NCBI GenBank assembly: GCA_016432465.1
Contig: CP066690.1
Location: 683,666 to 747,665, forward strand
Length of the DNA: 64,000 bases
DNA from: Candidatus Sungiibacteriota bacterium
GTDB lineage: Bacteria > Patescibacteriota > Minisyncoccia > Sungbacterales > HO2-52-23
Direction of reading: 5' to 3'
Shown here: positions 1 to 8,261 of the stretch, in pieces
Position numbering within the stretch: position 1 is the stretch's first letter
Layout of the letters: the number at the start of each line of letters is the position of its first letter
Position numbers and translations under genes: made by a program
Notes under the pieces: model-generated
Databases searched by the model: none
What the model was told of the DNA's origin: nothing
What the model saw: the letters and a program-made list of their open reading frames with translations, nothing else

Positions 1-24
1 ACAAAAAATAGCCGCAAGGGGTAG

Positions 25-53
25 TTGTCAAAATTATATTTTTTGCTTAAAAT
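25..53 (+). promoter_or_regulatory. sigma70-like promoter (TTGTCA-17-TAAAAT) upstream of the tRNA cluster
   Basis: TTGTCA at 25-30, 17-nt spacer, TAAAAT at 48-53. Read directly from sequence. Confidence 0.4.
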
Positions 54-114
54 TGTTTATACACGATCAGTCGCCTATTTAGGATTGTGTAGTTCAGCTT
101 GCCCCGCCACCTCT

Positions 115-409
115 GGGCGTATAGCTCAGTGGGCGAAAGACAATCCGTCTTTCGCGGGAAATTTAGTGAGCCTGCGAAGCAGTGCGAACGTAAAGAATTT
201 CCCGGGGTTTTGCCGAGAAGGTAAAACAGCGCGTCATCCCCCACTTATTTCGGACAGTATTTCGGGTGTGTAGCTCATTGGTAGAGCACTTCACTGATAA
301 TGAAGTGGTAGAAGGTCCGATTCCTTCCACACCCATTTTTAGTCCGCAATAAGTGGGGGACAAGCTGATAATGACGAGGTCCATGGTTCGATCCCATGTA
401 CGCCCACCA
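115..409 (+). ncRNA. split or interrupted tRNA-like gene. The 5' acceptor/D region GGGCGTATAGCTCAGTGGG is at 115-133. The 3' half is at 365-409: anticodon loop CTGATAA, T-arm CATGG-TTCGATC-CCATG, acceptor TACGCCC, discriminator A and an encoded CCA. About 230 nt of structured intervening sequence lies between, and it contains the tRNA-Ile gene
   Basis: GGGCGTA at 115-121 is complementary to TACGCCC at 399-405. The leader ccccgccacctc (102-113) is complementary to the trailer gaggtggcgggg (410-421). The intervening sequence carries group-I-like P and P7 candidates. The fold is unresolved. Confidence 0.35.
264..335 (+). tRNA. tRNA-Ile (anticodon GAT). The cloverleaf is complete, the T-loop is atypical (TCCGATT), and no CCA is encoded
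   Basis: Hand fold: acceptor GGGTGTG/CACACCC, D-arm GCTC-ATTGGTA-GAGC, anticodon arm CTTCA-CTGATAA-TGAAG, T-arm GAAGG-TCCGATT-CCTTC. Confidence 0.6.
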
Positions 410-417
410 GAGGTGGC

Positions 418-480
418 GGGGTGAAGTAGAACGCTATCCTGATAAGATAGAGGTCCCAGGTTCGATCCCTGGCACACCCA
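418..480 (+). pseudogene. degenerate tRNA-Ile(GAT) copy. The anticodon arm, T-arm and acceptor 3' strand (CACACCCA) are intact, but the D-arm is deleted and the 5' acceptor is imperfect
   Basis: CTATC-CTGATAA-GATAG, CCAGG-TTCGATC-CCTGG and CACACCCA are present. The 5' side reads GGGGTGAAG rather than GGGTGTG. Confidence 0.4.
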
Positions 481-523
481 TTAGAACCCAAGTTTTGGTA
501 CGGGGCACAGTAAGACAGAGGCC

Positions 524-548
524 GTAGGTTCGATTCCCACCACACCCA
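524..548 (+). pseudogene. tRNA 3'-end fragment consisting only of a T-arm and the acceptor CACACCCA
   Basis: GTAGG-TTCGATT-CCCAC-CACACCC-A. No anticodon arm lies upstream. Confidence 0.3.
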
Positions 549-613
549 GTTTTAGAAAAAGGCAAAGAATTTTAGGCGAAAAAAGGTCGATAAACGGATT
601 AAAACAAAAAATT

Positions 614-1174
614 ATGAACGAAGTACCACCAGAACAAACTCTTGAACAAGAGCAAATAAGCTCCGAATACGGTATAGAATTATCGCCAGGTTTTTACCTA
701 AAGGAGGAAGATGCCGATAATATAGAGGGCGGCGTATCTGTGCATATACATAGAAAAATTTTTACTTTATTTACAGCAGACAGTGCCCCTAAAGATTACC
801 ACGAAGAAGCACCGAGATATACAATAGGATACTATACAGCAAGCTATAAAAATGCCACGCCGGAATTCATTACTAATAAAATATTCAAAGACTCTTCACC
901 AATCAGGGTGGAATCGAATCCACCGTTTAGTCGCGCTTATTATCCGAGAAAAGGAGAATATAAATTTGTTACTGTTGGTATATTTAAAGGCACGTTCGGT
1001 ACCGGAGAGCAGTACTTAACCGGAGAGCGTGCCATAAGCGTAGGCAAATTCAAAGACACAATCGAGAAGGGAGAGAGAAAAGAGAAACTTATTGATTATA
1101 TTGAGGCAATGAGAAGAATTGAAATACAAGAACGTAAAATGTATGTGGAAGCGGCTGAAACTTTTAATGGATAG
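614..1174 (+). CDS. hypothetical protein (186 aa) in an AT-rich stretch
   Basis: Long ORF with no recognisable motif. Local GC is about 38%, below the surrounding sequence. Confidence 0.45.
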   Translation: MNEVPPEQTLEQEQISSEYGIELSPGFYLKEEDADNIEGGVSVHIHRKIFTLFTADSAPKDYHEEAPRYTIGYYTASYKNATPEFITNKIFKDSSPIRVESNPPFSRAYYPRKGEYKFVTVGIFKGTFGTGEQYLTGERAISVGKFKDTIEKGERKEKLIDYIEAMRRIEIQERKMYVEAAETFNG

Positions 1175-1399
1175 ATCTACCAAATACAAAGAAAGGTTAA
1201 TAATTAACCACACCACTAAGTGCCGCGTTTTCCGCCGCGCCCGAGCGTTCAGTTTCGGTTCTGTCGTCCCGCAAACGGCAAGAGCAATCAGTTAGTTTCG
1301 TTCAAAACCAGAGGCCATTTTATGGGCGGTTTGTCCTCCTTCGCTCAAGCTACGGAAGGCAAGCAGTGCCACCCATGAAATTCAAGCCCAATTCATCGT

Positions 1400-1675
1400 A
1401 TGACCTTGTTAGGGTTTCTAGGGTTTATCGGCATCATTTTGGTTACCAGTGCCTATATTCCCCAGATTGTTAAGATCTGGAAAACCAAAAATGCCGAAGG
1501 AATAAGCATTACAGCGTGGCTTACATGGCTTGTGGGTACTGTTTTCATACTTATTCACGCCTTTTCAACCAAAGACGGGGTTTTTATCGTATTTCAAACA
1601 CTTAGCTTTATTTTCGTGGCAACGATTACGCTGCTTGCGATAGTTTACAGAAAACGTCCAAGCCAATCACTGTGA
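1400..1675 (+). CDS. semiSWEET-type sugar transporter (PQ-loop/MtN3 family, 3 TM segments, 91 aa)
   Basis: Three hydrophobic helices with the PQ motif (YIPQIVKIW). The size is typical of bacterial semiSWEETs. Confidence 0.65.
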   Translation: MTLLGFLGFIGIILVTSAYIPQIVKIWKTKNAEGISITAWLTWLVGTVFILIHAFSTKDGVFIVFQTLSFIFVATITLLAIVYRKRPSQSL

Positions 1676-1679
1676 ATAA

Positions 1680-1779
1680 CCCCGTTAGAGATAAGGTTTC
1701 TACCCTGATAACAAAGATCACCAAAATTACAGGTGAGTATTATTCAAAGGCGCTGTGGATAACTAAATCTCTAACGGGG
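1680..1779 (+). repeat. MITE-like palindromic element with 13-bp terminal inverted repeats CCCCGTTAGAGAT / ATCTCTAACGGGG
   Basis: Arms at 1680-1692 and 1767-1779. The same ACCCCGTTAGA core recurs at 38357-38427 and 41398-41526. Confidence 0.55.
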
Positions 1780-1957
1780 CTTGCCTTTTCTCGTAAATTA
1801 AGCTAAAATAAGCTAAATCTAATGTAATGCCTTGTCCCAAGCTAAACTTCTTCGTGTTGAAGGCTTGGCTTGGGACAAGAGCAAAAGCAGGGCGCCAACT
1901 ATTTTATTGGTCGAGGCGGCTTGCAATATTGGCTTAGATATCAAAATTTATACAAAA

Positions 1958-2116
1958 ATGGCAACTGAAGCTTATTGTGTAAAGTGTCGCTCCAAGCGCA
2001 TGATGAAGGACGAGAAAGAGGTTTCTATGCCCGGAAAAGGGGGTCAGCGTCGGGCAATGACTGGATTTTGTACTGTCTGCGGCACAAAAATGTTCAGGAT
2101 ACTGGGGAAGAAATAG
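1958..2116 (+). CDS. small zinc-ribbon protein (about 52 aa, CxxC..CxxC). The ORF track's upstream extension from 1832 is unlikely
   Basis: The reading MATEAYCVKC...CTVCGTK has two CxxC pairs. Confidence 0.5.
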   Translation: MATEAYCVKCRSKRMMKDEKEVSMPGKGGQRRAMTGFCTVCGTKMFRILGKK

Positions 2117-2349
2117 AACTGCTTCTATTTCTTCGGGCATTTTAGGCCGAGCCTGTCCCGACCAGTCGGGACGTGTCGAGGCCGTAAAAATGCCCAGGGC
2201 CGCGCCGAGGAGGCGCGGGAAATAACTATTTCCCGGAGTATTTTGACTTAAAACGGTAAGAACCTCTCGTTGAGAGACGGGTTTTGTTTTAATAAGTTAG
2301 ACGTGTGCTAGACTAAGTCTGGTACAGCTGCAAAAAGGTAAAGCCCGCC

Positions 2350-3039
2350 TTACGAAGCGGGCTGGAATGGGTACGGCTGATCAAAGTCGCACTTCCTGTT
2401 TTTGCACTGGAAGCGTTTGGTTTTAGCAAAACACCGCTTTTCAGTCTGACATTTAGGACAGGCCACCATCCATGAATCAGTACCCTTGTGATCGGTCTTA
2501 CGATATGGACTGGTTACCACTGGCCCAACAGCAGCATCCATCACCTCTTGTAACCACTGCTTGTGTGTTTCGTTTGTTGGTACGGGGTTGCGACCATTTG
2601 TTTTGTCTTCCTCAATCCTCCTTAGCTCATGAGTAAAAAGTCGTTTGGCGAACTCTTTGGGGAAAATATCCAAAAGCTGCATAAGGAAAAGATCCTGCCA
2701 GTCCATACCTTTTAGGGGACCCTCGCGCACCGCCGTGTCCAGAATACTTTCGGTCGTAGCCAAACGAAGAGCAAACTCAAAGTGCGGGTCAGAAAACAGG
2801 GTGTCTTTATTCACACGGGATTGTAGCTCTGTAGTAAACAGGTCAGCCATCTCTGCGGATAAACCGTCTTTCTTCAGCGAGACTATTAACGATTTCTTTC
2901 CATGGGCTACGATTAGACTTAAACAGGCTAGAGCCTGCTCCGGGGTCATGTTGTGGATTTCTCTTTGTATCTGCATTGTGGCTCTACCTATTGTTAGGAT
3001 ACGAGCCATACCCCGATCAAACACATCTAGTTTCAGCAT
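2350..3039 (-). CDS. hypothetical protein with a C-terminal zinc-ribbon (CPKC...CKNRKC)
   Basis: 229-aa ORF. The opposite-strand ORF 2645-3064 is antisense noise. Confidence 0.5.
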   Translation of the reverse strand: MLKLDVFDRGMARILTIGRATMQIQREIHNMTPEQALACLSLIVAHGKKSLIVSLKKDGLSAEMADLFTTELQSRVNKDTLFSDPHFEFALRLATTESILDTAVREGPLKGMDWQDLFLMQLLDIFPKEFAKRLFTHELRRIEEDKTNGRNPVPTNETHKQWLQEVMDAAVGPVVTSPYRKTDHKGTDSWMVACPKCQTEKRCFAKTKRFQCKNRKCDFDQPYPFQPAS

Positions 3040-3164
3040 ATTATCCTCCCCCAGTTTAAATTAAGTATATCAAGTTTAATGTAAAAAGTCAATAACAGCC
3101 GTAAAAATTTGTAATTTCTATAAAAATGTCGTATAATTTAGATACAAACAGAAAGGATATAATT

Positions 3165-4253
3165 ATGCCCAAGAGTGGTTCTTCAAGAGTCATTCTAGGT
3201 CTTTCCGGCGGGGTTGATTCGGCGGTGGCCGCAGCCCTTTTAAAAGACGCCGGTTTTGAAGTGATTGCACGCTACATAAAGGGGTATGCTCTTCCCGGTA
3301 TAGAGTGTCCGGAGGAGCAGGATATGCGGGATGCGCGCCTGATTGCTTTGAAGCTCGGCATTGATTTTTCGGTCGTTAGCGAGGGATCGGAACTTTATCG
3401 GCGCAGTGTTTATGAGCCGTTTCTCGCCTCTTACTTTTCCGGCAAAACACCCAATCCTGATATTTGGTGCAACCAGTTTGTAAAGTTTCCTCTGCTTGGG
3501 CAGCTTAAAGAAGAATACGGCGCTGATTTTATTGCAACCGGACACTACATCCGGAGGATAGGAGATCGGTTTTACGCGGCATCGGACACAAACAAAGATC
3601 AGTCCTATTTTCTTTATGCAGTTCCCCGAGATATTCTTAAGACCTGCCTTTTCCCCATTGGTGAACTTGCAAAGAACCGCGTTAGAGAGATGGCCAGAAG
3701 TCTTGCTCTGCCTATTGCTGATAAGCGTGGAACACGGGGCGTTTGCATGGTAGGCCAGCTTCCTATTGACGAGGCGTTGGAGTGGGCAGCCGAGGAACGG
3801 AATGAGAAGTTTGGTCCCGCGCGAGCGATATTGATTGACAAGGGCCAGGAAGTTGAGCTTGGAACACTGCCCGCGTCTAAATTCTTTTCTGCGACCATTG
3901 GGCAGAGAAGTGGTTTGGGGATCAGTCATAGGTTCCCCATTTATGTAGTAGCCAAAGACCCTAAAGTCATGAATCTTTATTTCAAGATTTTGCCGGAGGG
4001 AGAGCGTAAGTTTTCTGTATCGGATGTCAATTGGGTTGTTCCCGAAGTTCCCAAACTTCCGCAGCGCGCGCTGGTTAAAATTCGCACTCCCGGTAAAATG
4101 CTGTCCTGTAAAGTTACAGAATCAGATAACCAGATGCTTGAAGTTATTCTTGATGACCCCGATACCGGTATTGCACCCGGACAGTCAGCAGTTTTTTATC
4201 AGCTTGCCAAGGGAGGTCTTATCGAACTATGGGGAGGAGGTGTAATACAGTAG
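3165..4253 (+). CDS. mnmA: tRNA-specific 2-thiouridylase MnmA
   Basis: PP-loop SGGVDS, conserved MnmA blocks (DQSYFL, catalytic Cys region) and a C-terminal beta-barrel. An RBS precedes the ATG at 3165. Confidence 0.9.
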   Translation: MPKSGSSRVILGLSGGVDSAVAAALLKDAGFEVIARYIKGYALPGIECPEEQDMRDARLIALKLGIDFSVVSEGSELYRRSVYEPFLASYFSGKTPNPDIWCNQFVKFPLLGQLKEEYGADFIATGHYIRRIGDRFYAASDTNKDQSYFLYAVPRDILKTCLFPIGELAKNRVREMARSLALPIADKRGTRGVCMVGQLPIDEALEWAAEERNEKFGPARAILIDKGQEVELGTLPASKFFSATIGQRSGLGISHRFPIYVVAKDPKVMNLYFKILPEGERKFSVSDVNWVVPEVPKLPQRALVKIRTPGKMLSCKVTESDNQMLEVILDDPDTGIAPGQSAVFYQLAKGGLIELWGGGVIQ

Positions 4254-4290
4254 CCCTGCGTAAACACGTGGGGCTACTTATTTCTGCTTG
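4252..4290 (+). terminator. rho-independent terminator after mnmA
   Basis: AGCCC...GGGCT hairpin followed by a T-rich tract. Confidence 0.45.
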
Positions 4291-4344
4291 AGTATCCCTA
4301 GTCGGTTGCGGCAAGCTTTAATAATTTTTTGAAGCGACCCCTTG

Positions 4345-4373
4345 AACTTTTTGCTGTTTTAGTTTAAAATGTT
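4345..4373 (+). promoter_or_regulatory. sigma70-like promoter (TTGAAC-17-TAAAAT) for rpoD
   Basis: Read directly. It is followed by two GGGAAGTCTGAC direct repeats at 4384-4414. Confidence 0.45.
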
Positions 4374-4435
4374 CTCAAAGTCCACGGGAAGTCTGACTTC
4401 TCAAGGGAAGTCTGACGTCCCAAGGAGGATAGACC

Positions 4436-5689
4436 GTGAACCTTGATAGCTATAATCAGGAAGAAACACGCAAAGAGTACTCTGACCCCAGAGATGATGT
4501 CGGCCGCTACCTAGATGAAATCGGACTAATACCGATGCTCAAGGGTCGGGAAGCAGAAAAGGAGTTGAGTGAGGAGATCGAAAAAGCCAGGCGCAGTATT
4601 TGGCGGCTGATTCGGCATATTCCCCTTATTACCGAAACAAAAAATAACGTAGGGGTTTCAACGGGTGACCTGCCGCGTCTTGTAAAGAAGTTACATCGGC
4701 GTCTCCAAAAGATGGAACGGCTGGTAGAAGAAAGCGCCTCTTTGTCTCCGGGCCAAAAACGCAGCGCTTTAAGGCGCGAGAAACAACGTCTCGAAAAAGA
4801 AGTCGGCATCTCTCATCGGAAGTTAAGAAGTATCTTTAAAAAAATTAATGCCTTTGAAGCTCAAGCCCTTTCGGCGAGGAACAGGTTGGTAGAGGCCAAC
4901 TTGCGGTTGGTGGTTTCTATTGCGCGTGGGTATAGGTCTCCCGGGCTTACTTTGGGTGACTTGATTCAAGAAGGCAACACCGGTCTTATGAGGGCTGCAG
5001 CCAAATTTGATGCCTCTATGGGGTTTAAATTTTCAACCTATGCCACGCCTTGGATAGAACAAGGCATCAGAAGGGGCATTGAAAATCAGGGACGGTTAAT
5101 CCGTCTTCCGGCTTACGTACAGAGCAACTTTACGCATTTACGGAAGCTTCAGCGTTCTTTGCTGGGTAAGTACGGACGCCTACCAGATGAAGAAAAGCTT
5201 CGTGCTTTTGTCCGGGCCTCCGATCGTGGGGTTAAAGACCGAAGTTTATCCGGTCTTATTCCTTCCTTCTTTATACACGAAAACAGTCTCTTATCGCTTG
5301 ATCGTGAGTTGGGGAAAGAGGGAGAAGAAAGAGTCACTAAGTTGTCTGATTTGTTTGAGGACGAATCGATCGCCTCTCCCGAAGATCAGGTTGCAGCCAA
5401 AGAATTTACGGCGAAAATGTTAACGCGGCTTGAAGGACGCGATGGTTTTTATGAACGTATGGCCGAAGTCATACGTTTGCGTTTTGGGGTTGATGGTGTG
5501 GAGCGTCCTCACACTCTTGATGAAGTTGGCAAGATTTTGGGTGTTTCCCGGGAGCGGGTAAGACAGATCGAGGAGAGGACGCTTCGTAAACTTAGCATAT
5601 ATGCCAAACAGCTTATGAGGATAAATCTTAGGCCGGCACAAAGTGGTGTAAACGGAAAAGTCTTTGGGTCCACAGCCCATAGAAATTAA
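4436..5689 (+). CDS. rpoD: RNA polymerase sigma factor, sigma-70 family (primary sigma, RpoD-like), GTG start
   Basis: Regions 1.2, 2.1-2.4 (DLIQEGNTGLMRAAAKFD, FSTYATPWI), 3 and 4.2 (TLDEVGKILGVSRERVRQIE). RBS AAGGAGGA at 4420-4427. Confidence 0.9.
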   Translation: MNLDSYNQEETRKEYSDPRDDVGRYLDEIGLIPMLKGREAEKELSEEIEKARRSIWRLIRHIPLITETKNNVGVSTGDLPRLVKKLHRRLQKMERLVEESASLSPGQKRSALRREKQRLEKEVGISHRKLRSIFKKINAFEAQALSARNRLVEANLRLVVSIARGYRSPGLTLGDLIQEGNTGLMRAAAKFDASMGFKFSTYATPWIEQGIRRGIENQGRLIRLPAYVQSNFTHLRKLQRSLLGKYGRLPDEEKLRAFVRASDRGVKDRSLSGLIPSFFIHENSLLSLDRELGKEGEERVTKLSDLFEDESIASPEDQVAAKEFTAKMLTRLEGRDGFYERMAEVIRLRFGVDGVERPHTLDEVGKILGVSRERVRQIEERTLRKLSIYAKQLMRINLRPAQSGVNGKVFGSTAHRN

Positions 5690-5712
5690 GACCGAGCAAT
5701 CGGTCTTTTTCC
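5690..5712 (+). terminator. rho-independent terminator after rpoD
   Basis: GACCGA-gcaa-TCGGTC followed by TTTTT. Confidence 0.6.
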
Positions 5713-5955
5713 ATTTTTGTCCAAATTTTCAAACCGAGGCGTAGAAAATTTGGAAACAAAAATGAGAACCCCGCACTAATTTTGATAATAGGTTTATGCT
5801 GGCAGGGACGGAGCCGTAGGCGACACCGCGAGATATACACCGCGAAAGAAGTAGTTTGAAGCGGATTTTAGTGCGGGTTAATTGACGAATAAATCATTTT
5901 ATGGTATCCTTACAGGGGTTAGTTGAAATTTTTCGTATAGAAAAAGGAGAAGAAA

Positions 5956-6333
5956 ATGCGTTTTACTCATGGGACACTACTTACTCTAGTAGTTTTGGCT
6001 TTGGGGGTTGTTGGATCTCTTCACGCTTTTAAATATTTCTATCCTCCAAAAACTATCTTGACTGTTGAGGTGGTTGGTTTTAGCAATATGATTGTTACTT
6101 TAGAGCGCGTCGGCGAGAACGGAAAAATGGCGCCGCCGATTTTTGCAACTACCGATGAGGGTGGCAAAACATATTTTATTGATTTACCAGTTCCTAGCAA
6201 ATGGCGGGTATCTCTGGTAAGTAGTCGCAGAAAAGTAATAAATGAAATGATATTTTCAATTCCGGAGGGGACGGTAAATTCCAAAATTACATTTTCCGGT
6301 TCTTCCTCCAGTTTTGAAGTTACAAAACCGTAA
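5956..6333 (+). CDS. hypothetical secreted or membrane-anchored protein (N-terminal signal/TM)
   Basis: Hydrophobic N-terminus. RBS AAAGGAGAAG. No recognisable motif. Confidence 0.5.
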   Translation: MRFTHGTLLTLVVLALGVVGSLHAFKYFYPPKTILTVEVVGFSNMIVTLERVGENGKMAPPIFATTDEGGKTYFIDLPVPSKWRVSLVSSRRKVINEMIFSIPEGTVNSKITFSGSSSSFEVTKP

Positions 6334-6492
6334 GGTATTTAAGCCTCGTTTTGCGGGGCTTTTGATTTTTAGGAAAATTTGCTTTAATAGCTTTATGGAG
6401 TCGCAGGAAATCAGGAGAAAGTTTTTAATATTTTTTTCCGCCTCCACCAAGGGCGGATCCGCCTCTGGCGGAGAAGACAACAAAGATAACCC

Positions 6493-8217
6493 ATGATCAC
6501 ATCAAAAGAAATAAGAGATAAATTTCTCAACTTCTTTAAACAAAGAGGACACGCCGTAGTACCTTCATCTTCGCTTATTCCCGGTGACCCGTCGGTTTTG
6601 CTTACCACCGCCGGCATGCAGCAGTTCAAGCCCTATTTTTTAGGTAAAGCAGACCCAGTGCATGATTTTGGTACAAGACGCACCGCCTCTATTCAAAAGT
6701 CATTCCGCACCTCCGACATAGACGAAGTGGGGGATGAGTCGCATCTTACTTTTTTTGAAATGCTGGGGCATTTCTCTTTCGGCGACTATTTTAAAAAAGA
6801 AACCATTGAGTGGACCTACGAGTTTCTCACGACGGTTTTAAAAATTTCTCCGGAACGTATTTGGGCATCAGTTTTTGAGGGTGATGATGCCATTCCTTTT
6901 GACCAAGAGTCTTATGATGCTTGGTTACGGTTTATCCCCGAGAAGCGCATTAAAAAAGGCGGGCGCGAAGGAAACGTGTGGGGTCCGCCCGGACCAGAAG
7001 GGCCTTGTGGGGCCGCCAACGAAGTTTATGTTGACGACTTGGAAGTCGCAACCCTTGTTTTTATGGAATACTACTGCGCCCAAGACGGCAGTTTGAGTCC
7101 GCTCGCAGATAAGGGGGTTGATGTTGGTTGGGGGTTGGAACGCGCGGCGAAGGTTATACAAAACGCGTCCACTGTTTTTGACACCGACCTTTTTCTGCCG
7201 TTTATGGAACTACTTCCGGCCGATCTAGAAATACGCATAAAACGTATCGTGACGGATCATCTGCGCGCCGTTGCTTTTTTACTTGCTGATGGTTTGCGTC
7301 CTTCCAACAAAGAAGCCGGATATATTTTGCGGCGTCTTCTGCGCAGAGCCCTTGTCTATGAACATATTTATAAAGTTCCACAGCACGTTTTTGACGCGGT
7401 TATTCACGACATAGTACATGAGTATGGGGAATTTTATCCGGAGCTTTTGCGGGAAAATGAGAATATACGGCAGGAATTTAACGCAGAGCGTCAGAAATTT
7501 GGGAGTACACTACAGCGCGGCCTAAAAGAATTAGAGAGAGTAAACACCATAGACGGCACGATTGCTTTTAATTTATATGAGACCTTCGGGCTGCCCTATG
7601 AAATTATCAAAGAGCTTGGCGGGGCGAGGGCCCAAACACTTTCGCATGAATCTTTTGACGGAGAATTTAGAAAACATCAGGAAATTTCCCGCGCCGGACA
7701 GGAAAAAAAATTCGGCGGGCATGGGTTACTGTTGGATACCGGAGAATTAAAAGCAGGCAACGAGGAGGAACTGAAAACCGTTACTCGTCTTCATACGGCC
7801 ACTCATCTCTTAAACGCCGCGCTCCATAAGGTGCTGGGAAATACGGTTGAGCAGCGCGGTTCGGATATTACTCCCGAGCGCACGCGTTTTGATTTTCTTT
7901 TTCCAAGAAAACTTACAGGCGAAGAGCTCAAAAAAATTGAAGAGCTGGTGAATTACGCTATTGCCAAAGATTTTCCGGTGAGCGCAAAAGAAATGTCTCT
8001 GGAAGAGGCTAAAAAATCCGGCGCGCTTTTTTTCTACGAAGGGCATTATCCGGAAAGGGTGAAAGTTTACACTATTGGGGACGATAAGGAAATTTTTTCG
8101 CAAGAACTTTGCGGCGGGCCGCATGTGACGCACACCGGAGAAATTGGTCATTTTAAAATAGTCAAAGAGGAATCCTCCAGTTTCGGCGTAAGACGCATCC
8201 GCGGCGTCATTGACTGA
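6493..8217 (+). CDS. alaS: alanine--tRNA ligase, short form (574 aa). It has the catalytic and editing domains but no C-Ala domain
   Basis: FEMLGHFSFGDYFK hallmark. Editing-domain motifs HTATHLL and CGGPHV. The length is about 300 aa short of canonical AlaRS. Confidence 0.85.
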   Translation: MITSKEIRDKFLNFFKQRGHAVVPSSSLIPGDPSVLLTTAGMQQFKPYFLGKADPVHDFGTRRTASIQKSFRTSDIDEVGDESHLTFFEMLGHFSFGDYFKKETIEWTYEFLTTVLKISPERIWASVFEGDDAIPFDQESYDAWLRFIPEKRIKKGGREGNVWGPPGPEGPCGAANEVYVDDLEVATLVFMEYYCAQDGSLSPLADKGVDVGWGLERAAKVIQNASTVFDTDLFLPFMELLPADLEIRIKRIVTDHLRAVAFLLADGLRPSNKEAGYILRRLLRRALVYEHIYKVPQHVFDAVIHDIVHEYGEFYPELLRENENIRQEFNAERQKFGSTLQRGLKELERVNTIDGTIAFNLYETFGLPYEIIKELGGARAQTLSHESFDGEFRKHQEISRAGQEKKFGGHGLLLDTGELKAGNEEELKTVTRLHTATHLLNAALHKVLGNTVEQRGSDITPERTRFDFLFPRKLTGEELKKIEELVNYAIAKDFPVSAKEMSLEEAKKSGALFFYEGHYPERVKVYTIGDDKEIFSQELCGGPHVTHTGEIGHFKIVKEESSSFGVRRIRGVID

Positions 8218-8261
8218 AACAACACTAAGTGTTATAATGGTTTTACGGGTTAAGAAGTCCC

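Noticed and set aside
47-545. ORF-track ORFs in the 47-545 region (25..273 +, 47..244 -, 163..477 -, 339..545 -)
   Set aside because: They overlap clear tRNA and tRNA-like sequence and a promoter. No RBS is present and the composition is typical of structured RNA.
2645-3064. 139-aa plus-strand ORF overlapping the 2350-3039 minus-strand gene
   Set aside because: The minus-strand frame is longer and ends at a terminator hairpin. The plus-strand ORF has no RBS.
3240-3929. 229-aa minus-strand ORF antisense to mnmA
   Set aside because: It is fully embedded antisense in a well-supported conserved gene and has no motif. Antisense ORFs of this kind are common within longer genes.
4507-4809. 100-aa minus-strand ORF inside rpoD
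   Set aside because: It is antisense within a highly conserved sigma-factor coding region.
6256-6629. Small ORFs around the alaS leader (6256..6483 -, 6314..6496 +, 6411..6629 -)
   Set aside because: They overlap the hairpin-rich leader and the conserved alaS N-terminus. They have no RBS.
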